Shown here in pieces: positions 29,998 to 39,089 of a stretch of 64,000 bases of DNA; the stretch's first letter is position 1; each line of letters opens with the position of its first letter. A model generated the notes under the pieces. That model worked only from the letters and a program-made list of their open reading frames with translations, made no database searches and had not been told where the DNA came from. Where the stretch lies: contig OZ242260.1 in assembly GCA_965207065.1 (NCBI GenBank), forward strand, positions 2,810,017 to 2,874,016, written 5' to 3'. The translations under genes and the position numbers were made by a program. The DNA is from a bacterium. GTDB taxonomy: Bacteria > UBA8248.

Positions 29998-30404
29998 GGG
30001 TTGTCGCTGAGGCTGCGGCGAACGGCGCCGGATTGGCGCGCAACCTCGCCGGGGCATCCTGTTCATGGAGCGACCGCAATCCCTCGTGTCTGATCTTCAT
30101 CGTGCGATTGCAACGCGCAGCGCCTTGCGCCACATGCGGCCTGTTTTTATGTAGCTCAGTCTTCTTCATCGAAAGACGGCATCCGCATTTCCCCGCAATT
30201 GCTGTGTCCAAGTTTCCGCCCGTATGGAGCACAATCCCGCGCGGGAAAAATTGTTCCCGACGACTCAAGGAGGGGAGAACATGGAAACGGCGATTCGGCA
30301 ACCATCGGGATTGTTCTTCTCCCCGATCGGAATCGACCCGCCCGCGTCCCGGAATCGATGGGTAAGAAATAAGCGAAAAAAGCAGAAAACAATTCGATAA
30401 AATT

Positions 30405-30435
30405 AGATAAATTCACGGGGTTTTTCGATAAATTT
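30405..30435 (+). promoter_or_regulatory. 31-bp motif AGATAAATTCACGGGGTTTTTCGATAAATTT, copy 1 (upstream of VOC gene)
   Basis: Identical to the reverse complement of 47936-47966; contains GATAAAT direct repeats; lies in an AT-rich tract. Confidence 0.4.
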
Positions 30436-30539
30436 CCGAGATAAAAAAAGCGGCGGTATGCCATAATTGCGCCTGGAAAAACCGGCGGAAATGAGGGGGG
30501 CGTGCGTCCCCGAACCGATGGCGCAAGAGGAGGCGCGAG

Positions 30540-30983
30540 ATGGGTCTGGTGAGCATCAACCATACGAGTTTCACTGTGTCGGACGCGGTGGCGATAGCCG
30601 GGTGGTACTGCGAAATGCTTGATTTTACTATCGTTTCGGTCGATACCCGGCCCCAGGACTACAGCGAGAAGGTGACGGGCATCACAGGCGCGGACCTGCG
30701 AATCGTCTACATCAAAGGCGGGGGCTACCACATCGAGCTGGTCGAATACGTGGGCGCGCCCGGCGTGAAGATTGACACCGCCACGAACAACGTGGGCAGC
30801 GCGCACATCGCCTATAACGTCAATGATCTCAAAGGGATGTACGAGGCGCTGGGGCCCAAGGGGGTGAGGTTCGTCTCGCCGCCCGTGCCCGTCACGCAAG
30901 GCCCCAACACGGGCGGATTCGTCGTCTATCTCGAGGATCCGGACGGCAACACGCTCGAACTCATCGAGAGGCCGGGCGCGTAA
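30540..30983 (+). CDS. VOC family protein (glyoxalase-like)
   Basis: 147 aa with VOC-fold pattern (INHTSFTVSD, HIELVEY, HIAYNVNDL). Confidence 0.7.
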   Translation: MGLVSINHTSFTVSDAVAIAGWYCEMLDFTIVSVDTRPQDYSEKVTGITGADLRIVYIKGGGYHIELVEYVGAPGVKIDTATNNVGSAHIAYNVNDLKGMYEALGPKGVRFVSPPVPVTQGPNTGGFVVYLEDPDGNTLELIERPGA

Positions 30984-30994
30984 TCAGATAAGAA

Positions 30995-31711
30995 TCAGAG
31001 CGTTACGCTCTCCCCCGGCTCCAGGACGATGACTTCCGTATCCAGGCCGCGTTTGCGCACCTCTTGGGTGAACGCCTCTGGCGTTCCCGTCAAGTGGGGC
31101 AGGCTCGAGTGGTGGATGGGCACGACGCGCTTCGCCTCCAAGAGCTCGCACGCCAGCGCCGCCTGGCGCGCGCCCATGGTGGCCCTGTCCCCGATGGGCA
31201 GGCAGCACAGATCGGGCGCATAGAGGTCGGCGATGATTCGCATGTCGCCGAAAACGGCGGTATCTCCCGCGTGGTAAAGGCGTTTGCCGTCCTCGAAGGT
31301 GAGAATCAGGCCGCAGGGCTCGCCCGTATACTTGAGTTCCGGGCCGTAGGCGCCCCCGTGAAAGGCGTGGGTGAGGGTGAGCTGGACGCCGCCGAAATCG
31401 ACCGTGCCGTCCTTTCCCATGGGCGTGGCGTGGGAGCCCAGGTCGTGTTCTGCGGCTATAGTGCGGATGAGGTCCATGTGTCCCGCCACCGGGCATGGGT
31501 TCGCCTCGAAAACGGGGATGACGTCGGCCGTATGGTCGAAATGGCCGTGGGTGAGGCAGATGAGGTCGGCTTTTTGCGGTGTCTTGAGTTCAGGCGGGCA
31601 TACGGGGTTCTTCTCGAGCCAGGGGTCGATGTAGATGCGCTTGCCCCCGTCCGTTTCAACCAGAAACGTCGATTGCCCATGAAATATCAGCGTTGCGCCC
31701 ATGTTTCGCAT
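30995..31711 (-). CDS. metal-dependent hydrolase, MBL fold (UPF0173-like)
   Basis: MBL motif CLTHGHFDHT and downstream His/Asp ligands. Confidence 0.8.
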   Translation of the reverse strand: MRNMGATLIFHGQSTFLVETDGGKRIYIDPWLEKNPVCPPELKTPQKADLICLTHGHFDHTADVIPVFEANPCPVAGHMDLIRTIAAEHDLGSHATPMGKDGTVDFGGVQLTLTHAFHGGAYGPELKYTGEPCGLILTFEDGKRLYHAGDTAVFGDMRIIADLYAPDLCCLPIGDRATMGARQAALACELLEAKRVVPIHHSSLPHLTGTPEAFTQEVRKRGLDTEVIVLEPGESVTL

Positions 31712-31743
31712 TACCTCCTAAGTGTTTGAATTACCAATGAAAT

Positions 31744-32634
31744 CTATAAGTATTCGCGGAACCAAGCCGTCGTTTCCGTGAGAGCCATCTCGAAGAGTTC
31801 CGGGTTGTTCACCTGGTAGACGTCGTTGTGGCGTCCCCTGGGAAGCATGACGATTTTCTTTGGCTCGCCGCAGGCCGCGTAGCAGGCGTGCGCTTCTGAG
31901 GGAGGAACCATGACGTCTTCTTCCCCGTAGATGAACAGGACGGGCCGGGGCGAGATTTTGCCGACCACCCATTCGGGGCGATAGCGAAAACAAGCCTCCA
32001 CGCTTTCGAGGTCGAGTTCGAGCACCTCCTCGGAGCCGTGTTCTTCCAGCGTCATCGGGGGTTTGGGGTTGTCCGGGTCGTCGCTGTAGATATCGTGGCG
32101 GATGATGGTTTCCCGCTCGTTGGTGGTGACGCGCTTGCGGGCGGCTTCCCGTACCCGGGACTGGAAGGCGAGCCATTCATAAGGCCTCCTCAATGTCTTC
32201 AGCCAACGCTCGCCGTCATGCACTCCCACGGCGGAGACGGTCGCCTTCACGCGCTCATCGAACGCCGCGGCCCAGATGGCGTGAGCACCCCCAAAACTCG
32301 TGCCGTACAGGCCGATTCGCTCGGGGTCCACGCCTTCTACGGTTTGCAGACAGGTGATTCCGTCGTAGGTGTCCTGGGCCTGTTCCAGCGGGCGGTGGCG
32401 TCCGCGAGCGCCCTCGCTCACACCGTAGCCGCGATAATCGGGCGCAAGGGTGAAAAACCCCGCTTTGCTCAAGTGGGTGGGCATGTCGATTGTGGCCAGG
32501 TTCTTTCGTCCGCTGTATCCTGTCACGCAGACGATTCCCGGTCGAGGCGGGTCACCGGGTTTCCAGTTGTCCGGGCGGTACAGATGCGCGGCGATTTTGA
32601 GGCCGTCGCTGAAATAAGTGATATCTTCGTGCAT
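31744..32634 (-). CDS. alpha/beta hydrolase fold protein
   Basis: Nucleophile elbow GTSFGG in an alpha/beta-hydrolase-length protein. Confidence 0.7.
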   Translation of the reverse strand: MHEDITYFSDGLKIAAHLYRPDNWKPGDPPRPGIVCVTGYSGRKNLATIDMPTHLSKAGFFTLAPDYRGYGVSEGARGRHRPLEQAQDTYDGITCLQTVEGVDPERIGLYGTSFGGAHAIWAAAFDERVKATVSAVGVHDGERWLKTLRRPYEWLAFQSRVREAARKRVTTNERETIIRHDIYSDDPDNPKPPMTLEEHGSEEVLELDLESVEACFRYRPEWVVGKISPRPVLFIYGEEDVMVPPSEAHACYAACGEPKKIVMLPRGRHNDVYQVNNPELFEMALTETTAWFREYL

Positions 32635-32844
32635 TTTAGTTTCCTTTTTAATGTATTAAATTACAATTGATTAGAGAATACCGGGTTTTTGACACACAGG
32701 GCTACTGCTGATAGGAGTAAGAAGGCATACAATACACGGTCTTTCTCGAATTTCCGAGAAACTGACGTTCCTGGAAAAGCCGCATGGGAAGTATGTCACG
32801 GAAAGTTTGGCGCCGCCGCTTGTAGAGGAGATACTGATTAAATC

Positions 32845-34170
32845 ATGTCTCGTCAAAAAATCTTCCTCATTCTTGCCGTTCTGGTTCTTGTAGTAGGCGT
32901 AGCGATCACGAAGTTGCTGATCGAGAATCGACCAGAACCCGAGACAGTGACTCCCACCGCACCACGCAGATTCGTCAGGACCATGCTCTTGAAAAAACAG
33001 GACAAAACCTTCTGGGTCAATGGGTTCGGAACCGTTCGGCCCAAAACGGAGCTTTCCATCGTGCCTGAAGTATCCGGGAAAGTGGTCATGCGATCATCTG
33101 GGTTCAGGACCGGCGGCTTCATCAAGAAAGGGGATGTGCTTTTCCGAATCGACCCTGCGGATTACAAACTCGCCATCGAGCGGCGAAAAGCGGAAATCGC
33201 GCAACTCAGAGCCGATATCGCTCGATTGAGGCAGGAGGAGAAGAATCACCAGGCCGATCTGGACATCACCGAACGCCATATGGAGTTAGTTGCTCAGGAA
33301 ATGGAACGCAACGAAAGATTGCGAAGACAAGGCGTTATTTCTTCTGGTCAATACGATCAGTCCCAACAGAATTTCCTCAGGCAGGAGAGAACGGTTCAGT
33401 CTATCAGGAACATGCTGGCGCTGCTGCCCGTTCAGTTGAGACAGAAACGCGCGGCGTTGAGAGCGAACCAATCGGAACTCAAAAGAGCGACTCTGCAATT
33501 GTCTCGGACCAAAATCGTGGCTCCTTTTGATGCTCGGGTGCGAGAGACGGGTTTGGAAATAGGAGATTTCGCCAGTGCGGGTAAATCCGTGGGCAAAATT
33601 TATGATGTTTCAGCACTGGAAGTCCCTGTTTCACTGCCGGTTGAGGATGCGCGCTGGGCGTTTCGCCGTATTCGGGAAGTATCCTTTCCCCGTAGCCAAG
33701 AAGAGGTAAAGCCTTTTTTCCCCGCTGCCAGGGTATCCTGGAGTCAGTTCGGCAAAAAGTTTGAATGGACTGGGCGGGTGTCTCTCGTGGATTCCGGGCT
33801 GGATGAGTCCACGCGCGCGCTCACACTCGTAGTTGAAATTTCTGAACCCATGAAAAATTGGATATCTGGAGAGCACCCTCCCCTTTTTGTGGGGATGTTC
33901 GTTGAAGTGAAAATCGAAGGCATCACGATGCCAGGCGTGTTCGTCATTCCGCGCACCGCATTGCGTGAACGGGATCACGTTTATTTGTTGGACGAAGGGA
34001 AATTAAGGATTCAAAAAGTGGAAGTCATTCGAAAAGCTCAGGATGGCGTCGTGATCAGAAATGGAGTGAGTGAAAACGCCCGTATCATTCTTTCCGCTGT
34101 CCCCGAGCCCGTCTCCGGCATGATACTCAACGAACAAAACGGGATTCCTGGCGGGGCATCCACGCAATGA
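32845..34170 (+). CDS. efflux RND transporter periplasmic adaptor subunit (HlyD/MFP family)
   Basis: N-terminal TM anchor, coiled-coil, lipoyl-like and beta-barrel regions; overlaps start of downstream RND pump. Confidence 0.85.
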   Translation: MSRQKIFLILAVLVLVVGVAITKLLIENRPEPETVTPTAPRRFVRTMLLKKQDKTFWVNGFGTVRPKTELSIVPEVSGKVVMRSSGFRTGGFIKKGDVLFRIDPADYKLAIERRKAEIAQLRADIARLRQEEKNHQADLDITERHMELVAQEMERNERLRRQGVISSGQYDQSQQNFLRQERTVQSIRNMLALLPVQLRQKRAALRANQSELKRATLQLSRTKIVAPFDARVRETGLEIGDFASAGKSVGKIYDVSALEVPVSLPVEDARWAFRRIREVSFPRSQEEVKPFFPAARVSWSQFGKKFEWTGRVSLVDSGLDESTRALTLVVEISEPMKNWISGEHPPLFVGMFVEVKIEGITMPGVFVIPRTALRERDHVYLLDEGKLRIQKVEVIRKAQDGVVIRNGVSENARIILSAVPEPVSGMILNEQNGIPGGASTQ

Positions 34171-37100
34171 AGCAAATTCTGGCTTGGTCTGCACGCCATA
34201 CCGTTTTCGCCAACCTTTTGATGGTGATAATGATAATCATCGGCGTTTTCGCCGTTTTTCAAATTCGCAGTGAATTGATCCCTCAATTCGCCCTAGATCG
34301 GGTTAGCGTCAAAGTAACGTGGGAGGGCGCGAGTCCCATGGAGGTGGAAGAGGGAGTTTGCATCAAAATCGAAGAAGCCTTGACCGGTGTCGAGGGGGTA
34401 AAAAAAATCACTTCGGTTGCCTATGAAGGGCGATGTGAAATTGCAGCGGAACTGCATGCCTGGATCAAGAGTTCCCGGGATTTGATGGAAGATATCAGAA
34501 GCGAAATCGACCGCATCAAAACATTGCCCGAGGATATAGAAAGGCCCATCGTTTCGGAAGTGAAGCGGATACTTCAGGTAATTGACATCTCATTGTTTGG
34601 CAATGTTTCGGAAGAAGTCCTGAAACGAAAAGCCACGGAGATCAAAGATGAATTGCTGGAAATGCCCAACATTTCCAAAGTAGTTTTGAGCGGCTTGAGA
34701 GATTGGGAAATATCAATCGAAGTTTCAGAGGAGATGTTGCGCCGCTTTGGGCTCACTTTTGAGCGAGTTGGAAATATCATTCGCAAAAACGTGCTTGAAC
34801 TCTCGGGTGGGGATATCCGTTCTGCGGAGCGAAGAATCAGAATCAGGACATTGGGGAAGCGTTACACGGGTCTGGAATTCGAGCGGCTTGAAATACTCAC
34901 CCGACAAGACGGTACCATCTTGAGACTCGGTGATATTGCTCGAGTGGTCGACGCTTTTGAAGAAAGCGATAAAACGGGTCGGTTCGATGGGAAACCGGCT
35001 GCGCTCATCACGGTGTATAGAACCGATGAGGAAGATGCGCTTTCGATTTCTAAAGCAGCAGTTGGATACGTTAAGAAAAAGCGCGAGGAATTACCTGAAG
35101 GGTTGGATTTGGTCCATTGGGCGGATACCTCGCGTTTGATACAGGACCGGCTCGATCTTTTAATGAGAAACGGGCGCGTCGGACTCGTTTTGGTTTTCTT
35201 CTCCATGTGGTTGTTTTTAAACATTCGTCTTTCATTTTGGGTGGCCATGGGAATTCCCGTCTCCCTGTTGACGGCGCTCGGTTTTTTGAATTTCACCGGC
35301 GGTACTCTCAATATGCTCTCGATGTTCGCCTTCATCATGGTTTTAGGGATACTGGTGGACGACGCCATTGTAGTGGCTGAAAATATCTATTCCCATATGG
35401 AAAGAGGGAAGAATCGCGTTCAGGCCGCTATCGACGGCTGTTATGAAGTTGTCCTGCCGGTTATCGCCACTGTCGTGACATCTATTGTGGCTTTCGCTCC
35501 CTTGCTTATGGTGGAAGGAACTGTCGGGAAATTCATGGCGGTGCTTCCGGCGGCTATCATCGCCGCGTTAATCGCTTCTCTTATCGAGTCATTATTTATT
35601 CTGCCGGCTCATTTGGGTCATTGGGTGAGGTCGCCCAGGTCGGGTGGAATATCAGCGCGCGTGAGGAAAGCCATCGATAGTGCAATCAACTGGCTTATCT
35701 ATCGGTTTTATGCGCCGATTCTGAAATTTTGTCTCAACGCCAGATATCTGGTCATCTCTCTGGCTTTGGTGGTTTTTATGGTGACAGTAGGATTGGCTGT
35801 GGGTGGGCATGTGAGATTTTTGTTTTTCCCTAAGCTCGATTCCGATTGGGTGGAAGCCAGAATTCTGTTCCCTCCGGGAACCCCGATTCGGCAAACGCGA
35901 AACGCGGCGCAAAGGATTGAGCAGGCAGCCGTTGCCCTTGATGAGGTTTTTCGTTCGAAAACGGGTGAGCCGATCGTGAAACATATATTCACGACGCTGG
36001 GCGAGCAATTTGGCCAAAACCGTGAGCGTGTCGCGGGGGGCAGCCATATGGCGCATTTGATTGTGGAGTTGCTGCCCTCGGAGGCCAGAGGAATTAGTGG
36101 GGAGGAAATTACAAACCGCTGGCGCGAAAATACAGGAAAAATTCCGGATGTATTGAGCCTAACTTTCGGTTCCGGGAGAGCCGGCCCGCCTGGCGGTAAA
36201 CCTATCGATGTGCAGTTCTATGGTGATGACATCGAGACATTGAGAAGTGTATCCACGGAATTCAAGCGGGAGTTAACAAAATATCCTGGTATATATGACA
36301 TTCAAGATGACTTCAGGCCCGGAAAGCTTGAATTCAGAACATCATTGAAGCCACAGGCGCGGGTGCTTGGCGTGAGCCTCGATGACTTGGGGCGTCAGTT
36401 GCGCGCGCGCTTTTTCGGGCTGCAGGTCCTGCGTCTACAACGCGGCCGGGATGACGTGAAGGTCAAACTTCGCTATCCGCCCGAGGAGAGGCGCTCTATC
36501 GAAGACATCAGGAAAATGAGAGTCAGGGCGTCCTCAGGGGCCGAAATCCCTTTCCATGAGGTGGCGGAAGTCGAGATGGTTCAAGGGCTTGATGAAATCA
36601 GGCGTGTGTCCAGAGCAAGGGCGATCAACGTAACAGCTGAAATCAACCAGGGCCGGGCCAATCCCACCGAGGTTCTGAACGACTTGAAGGCGAATTTCTT
36701 CCCAAAGTTCCTGAACCGCCAAAACGGAGTAGGGGTTAGATTCGAAGGTCAGGCAAAAGAGACGCAGGAGTCATTCAACAGTCTGTTTCGCGCCTTTGCG
36801 CTAGCGATTGCCGTCATTTTTGCGATTTTGGCCACTCTGTTCAGAAGCTATTTCCAGCCCATAGTCGTCATGAGCGCGATTCCGTTTGGGATTGTTGGCG
36901 CCATTTGGGGGCATATCATCCTAGGGTACGATATCTCGATATTGAGTATGTTTGGCATCTTGGCGCTTACCGGGGTTGTGGTGAATGACTCTTTGGTGCT
37001 TTTGGATTTCGCAAATCGGAGTATCAAAGACGGAATGCCGATAGAAGATGCGCTACAGCAGGCCGGTGTCGCAAGATGGAGAGCGATTGTTCTAACGACA

Positions 37101-37355
37101 ATGACGACCGCCGCAGGATTGGGGCCGATGTTGTTCGAGAAAAGTTTTCAGGCGCAATTCTTGATTCCCATGGCGATTAGTCTGTGTTTCGGGCTGCTTT
37201 TCGCCACGGTGATAACGCTTGTTCTGGTTCCTGTAATCTCTTTAATTGGAAACGACTTCGGCCGGTTTTGGTGGCGTATATGGACGGGCAAATGGCTTAC
37301 GAGAGAAGAAGTGGATGTACATTCTCCGCAGAAAGAAGGAGAAATCCACGCCTGA
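34167..37355 (+). CDS. efflux RND transporter permease (AcrB/AcrD/AcrF family)
   Basis: 1062 aa, two 6-TM bundles with large periplasmic loops; AcrB-type motifs (GILVDDAIVVAENI, GVVVNDSLVLLDF). Confidence 0.9.
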   Translation: MKQILAWSARHTVFANLLMVIMIIIGVFAVFQIRSELIPQFALDRVSVKVTWEGASPMEVEEGVCIKIEEALTGVEGVKKITSVAYEGRCEIAAELHAWIKSSRDLMEDIRSEIDRIKTLPEDIERPIVSEVKRILQVIDISLFGNVSEEVLKRKATEIKDELLEMPNISKVVLSGLRDWEISIEVSEEMLRRFGLTFERVGNIIRKNVLELSGGDIRSAERRIRIRTLGKRYTGLEFERLEILTRQDGTILRLGDIARVVDAFEESDKTGRFDGKPAALITVYRTDEEDALSISKAAVGYVKKKREELPEGLDLVHWADTSRLIQDRLDLLMRNGRVGLVLVFFSMWLFLNIRLSFWVAMGIPVSLLTALGFLNFTGGTLNMLSMFAFIMVLGILVDDAIVVAENIYSHMERGKNRVQAAIDGCYEVVLPVIATVVTSIVAFAPLLMVEGTVGKFMAVLPAAIIAALIASLIESLFILPAHLGHWVRSPRSGGISARVRKAIDSAINWLIYRFYAPILKFCLNARYLVISLALVVFMVTVGLAVGGHVRFLFFPKLDSDWVEARILFPPGTPIRQTRNAAQRIEQAAVALDEVFRSKTGEPIVKHIFTTLGEQFGQNRERVAGGSHMAHLIVELLPSEARGISGEEITNRWRENTGKIPDVLSLTFGSGRAGPPGGKPIDVQFYGDDIETLRSVSTEFKRELTKYPGIYDIQDDFRPGKLEFRTSLKPQARVLGVSLDDLGRQLRARFFGLQVLRLQRGRDDVKVKLRYPPEERRSIEDIRKMRVRASSGAEIPFHEVAEVEMVQGLDEIRRVSRARAINVTAEINQGRANPTEVLNDLKANFFPKFLNRQNGVGVRFEGQAKETQESFNSLFRAFALAIAVIFAILATLFRSYFQPIVVMSAIPFGIVGAIWGHIILGYDISILSMFGILALTGVVVNDSLVLLDFANRSIKDGMPIEDALQQAGVARWRAIVLTTMTTAAGLGPMLFEKSFQAQFLIPMAISLCFGLLFATVITLVLVPVISLIGNDFGRFWWRIWTGKWLTREEVDVHSPQKEGEIHA

Positions 37356-37530
37356 TATTATGCTTCATAGTTTTATCGAATGGAACTACTTGCGGGAATG
37401 TATTTATTCAATTCCCCCAAAAGTTTGCTTTCATTATTGATTGTAATCTCGAATACGAATGAGTTTAGGAGAACAAGATTTTATGTCCTCAGAATTTGAT
37501 GTGCGCTACGGTGAAGAGGTAGGAGACAAG

Positions 37531-38583
37531 ATGGAAGCGGTCGTGATGACCGCACCTGAAAATTTGGAAATACAGTCCGTTCCCGTTCCGGAACCGGGCA
37601 TCGGGGAAGTGCTCGTGAAAGTGGAATGCACCACGATTTGTGGTACAGACATAGAGATCATCAAAGGCGGTCACCTCCCCAACTGGCCGCCCCGGCTTCC
37701 GGCCATCCTGGGGCATGAATGGTCGGGCAGAATTGTGGCTATGGGCCCGATGACTGAGGGTTTCGGTCTCGGTATGGGTGATGCCGTGGCTGGGACGAGC
37801 CATGCTGGATGCGGTGCCTGTCGCATGTGCCTCATAGGCCGTTATAATCTCTGTTATAATTACGGGAATACAGTCACTGGTCATAGGCAGTACGGGCATA
37901 TCACGCAAGGCTCGTATGCGGAGTATGTCGTCAACAACATACGTGCGTTGCACAAAATGCCCGAGGGAATGTCGCTTGAGTATGGGTCGGCCGTGGACCC
38001 TGCTGCTTGCGGGCTCTGGACGGCGAAGCGTGCTGGCATCAATCCTGGCGATACGGTCGTGATATTGGGTTCCGGACCCATCGGTGTTTTTGCATATGAA
38101 TCCGTCAAGGCGATGGGCGCAGGACGCATAATCGTTGTGGGCGGTGGCAGGAGGCTCGAGATTCTAGAGGAACAAGGCGCTGAAGTTGTCAGTTACCGAG
38201 ATGGCGGTGTGCCGGAACGGATTGATGAGATGACCCGCGGGAAAAAAGCCAACGTCGTGCTGGAGACGGCTGGAACCACGGATAGCTTCAAATGGAGTGT
38301 GGATTGCGGCGGCAAAGGCGCGCGAGTCGCCATTACCGGCATACCGGACAACATTCCTGATATGGCATGGAAGCGCGTCGTGCTCGAGGAAATGGATATT
38401 TTTGGTGTTCGGGCGAATCCCAACTGTGGAGATGAAGTATTATCACTCATTCAAGCCGGCAGGATGAATGTGGACCCATACATTACTCATCGGTTCCCCC
38501 TCAGAGAATACCAAGAAGCGCACGATACGTTTGTGGCTCGAAAAGATGGCGCTTTGTTGGTGAACCTGACTCCTGGAGCATAA
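37531..38583 (+). CDS. zinc-dependent alcohol dehydrogenase (MDR family)
   Basis: Zn-ligand region CTTICGTDIEI, structural-Zn Cys cluster (CGACRMCLIGRYNLC), Rossmann GSGPIG; start set to MEAVVM. Confidence 0.85.
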   Translation: MEAVVMTAPENLEIQSVPVPEPGIGEVLVKVECTTICGTDIEIIKGGHLPNWPPRLPAILGHEWSGRIVAMGPMTEGFGLGMGDAVAGTSHAGCGACRMCLIGRYNLCYNYGNTVTGHRQYGHITQGSYAEYVVNNIRALHKMPEGMSLEYGSAVDPAACGLWTAKRAGINPGDTVVILGSGPIGVFAYESVKAMGAGRIIVVGGGRRLEILEEQGAEVVSYRDGGVPERIDEMTRGKKANVVLETAGTTDSFKWSVDCGGKGARVAITGIPDNIPDMAWKRVVLEEMDIFGVRANPNCGDEVLSLIQAGRMNVDPYITHRFPLREYQEAHDTFVARKDGALLVNLTPGA

Positions 38584-38588
38584 CGACA

Positions 38589-38990
38589 ATGTCTCAAGGC
38601 GAGATGAAATATGGCGCGAAGATGATTGCGGAGGCGAAGCTCGAAGCCGTTCCGAATCCATCAATGCAGCGCGATTACGTTGTAGATTTCACCATTCCCG
38701 AATTCACTTGTCTTTGCCCGCTCAGTAATTTTCCCGACTTCGCCACAATTCGCATCAAATACGTTCCTGGTGAAATGATAGTGGAGTTGAAATCCTTAAA
38801 ACTCTACATCAATAATTACAGGGACCGGGAAATATTTCATGAACAGGTGGTCAGCACCATCCTTGACGACTTGGTTGAGGTTTGCGCGCCGAAATGGGTG
38901 TGGATTGAAGGGGATTTTAACGTTAGAGGAAATATAAAAACAAAAATTCGAGCCACGCATGGTGTGAGACCACCAGATATTCCGGAATAG
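38589..38990 (+). CDS. queF: NADPH-dependent 7-cyano-7-deazaguanine reductase
   Basis: QueF motif E(S/L)K(S/A)hK(L/Y)(Y/F/W) present as ELKSLKLY; catalytic Cys context EFTCLCPLSNFPDFA. Confidence 0.85.
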   Translation: MSQGEMKYGAKMIAEAKLEAVPNPSMQRDYVVDFTIPEFTCLCPLSNFPDFATIRIKYVPGEMIVELKSLKLYINNYRDREIFHEQVVSTILDDLVEVCAPKWVWIEGDFNVRGNIKTKIRATHGVRPPDIPE

Positions 38991-39089
38991 ACGAATCGCT
39001 GATCAACTTGTAACGTTGCTCGGTGCAAAACAACTAACTTATAGTACTTAACATTAAACCCGATGAATTAAGCCATATTTCTCAATGAG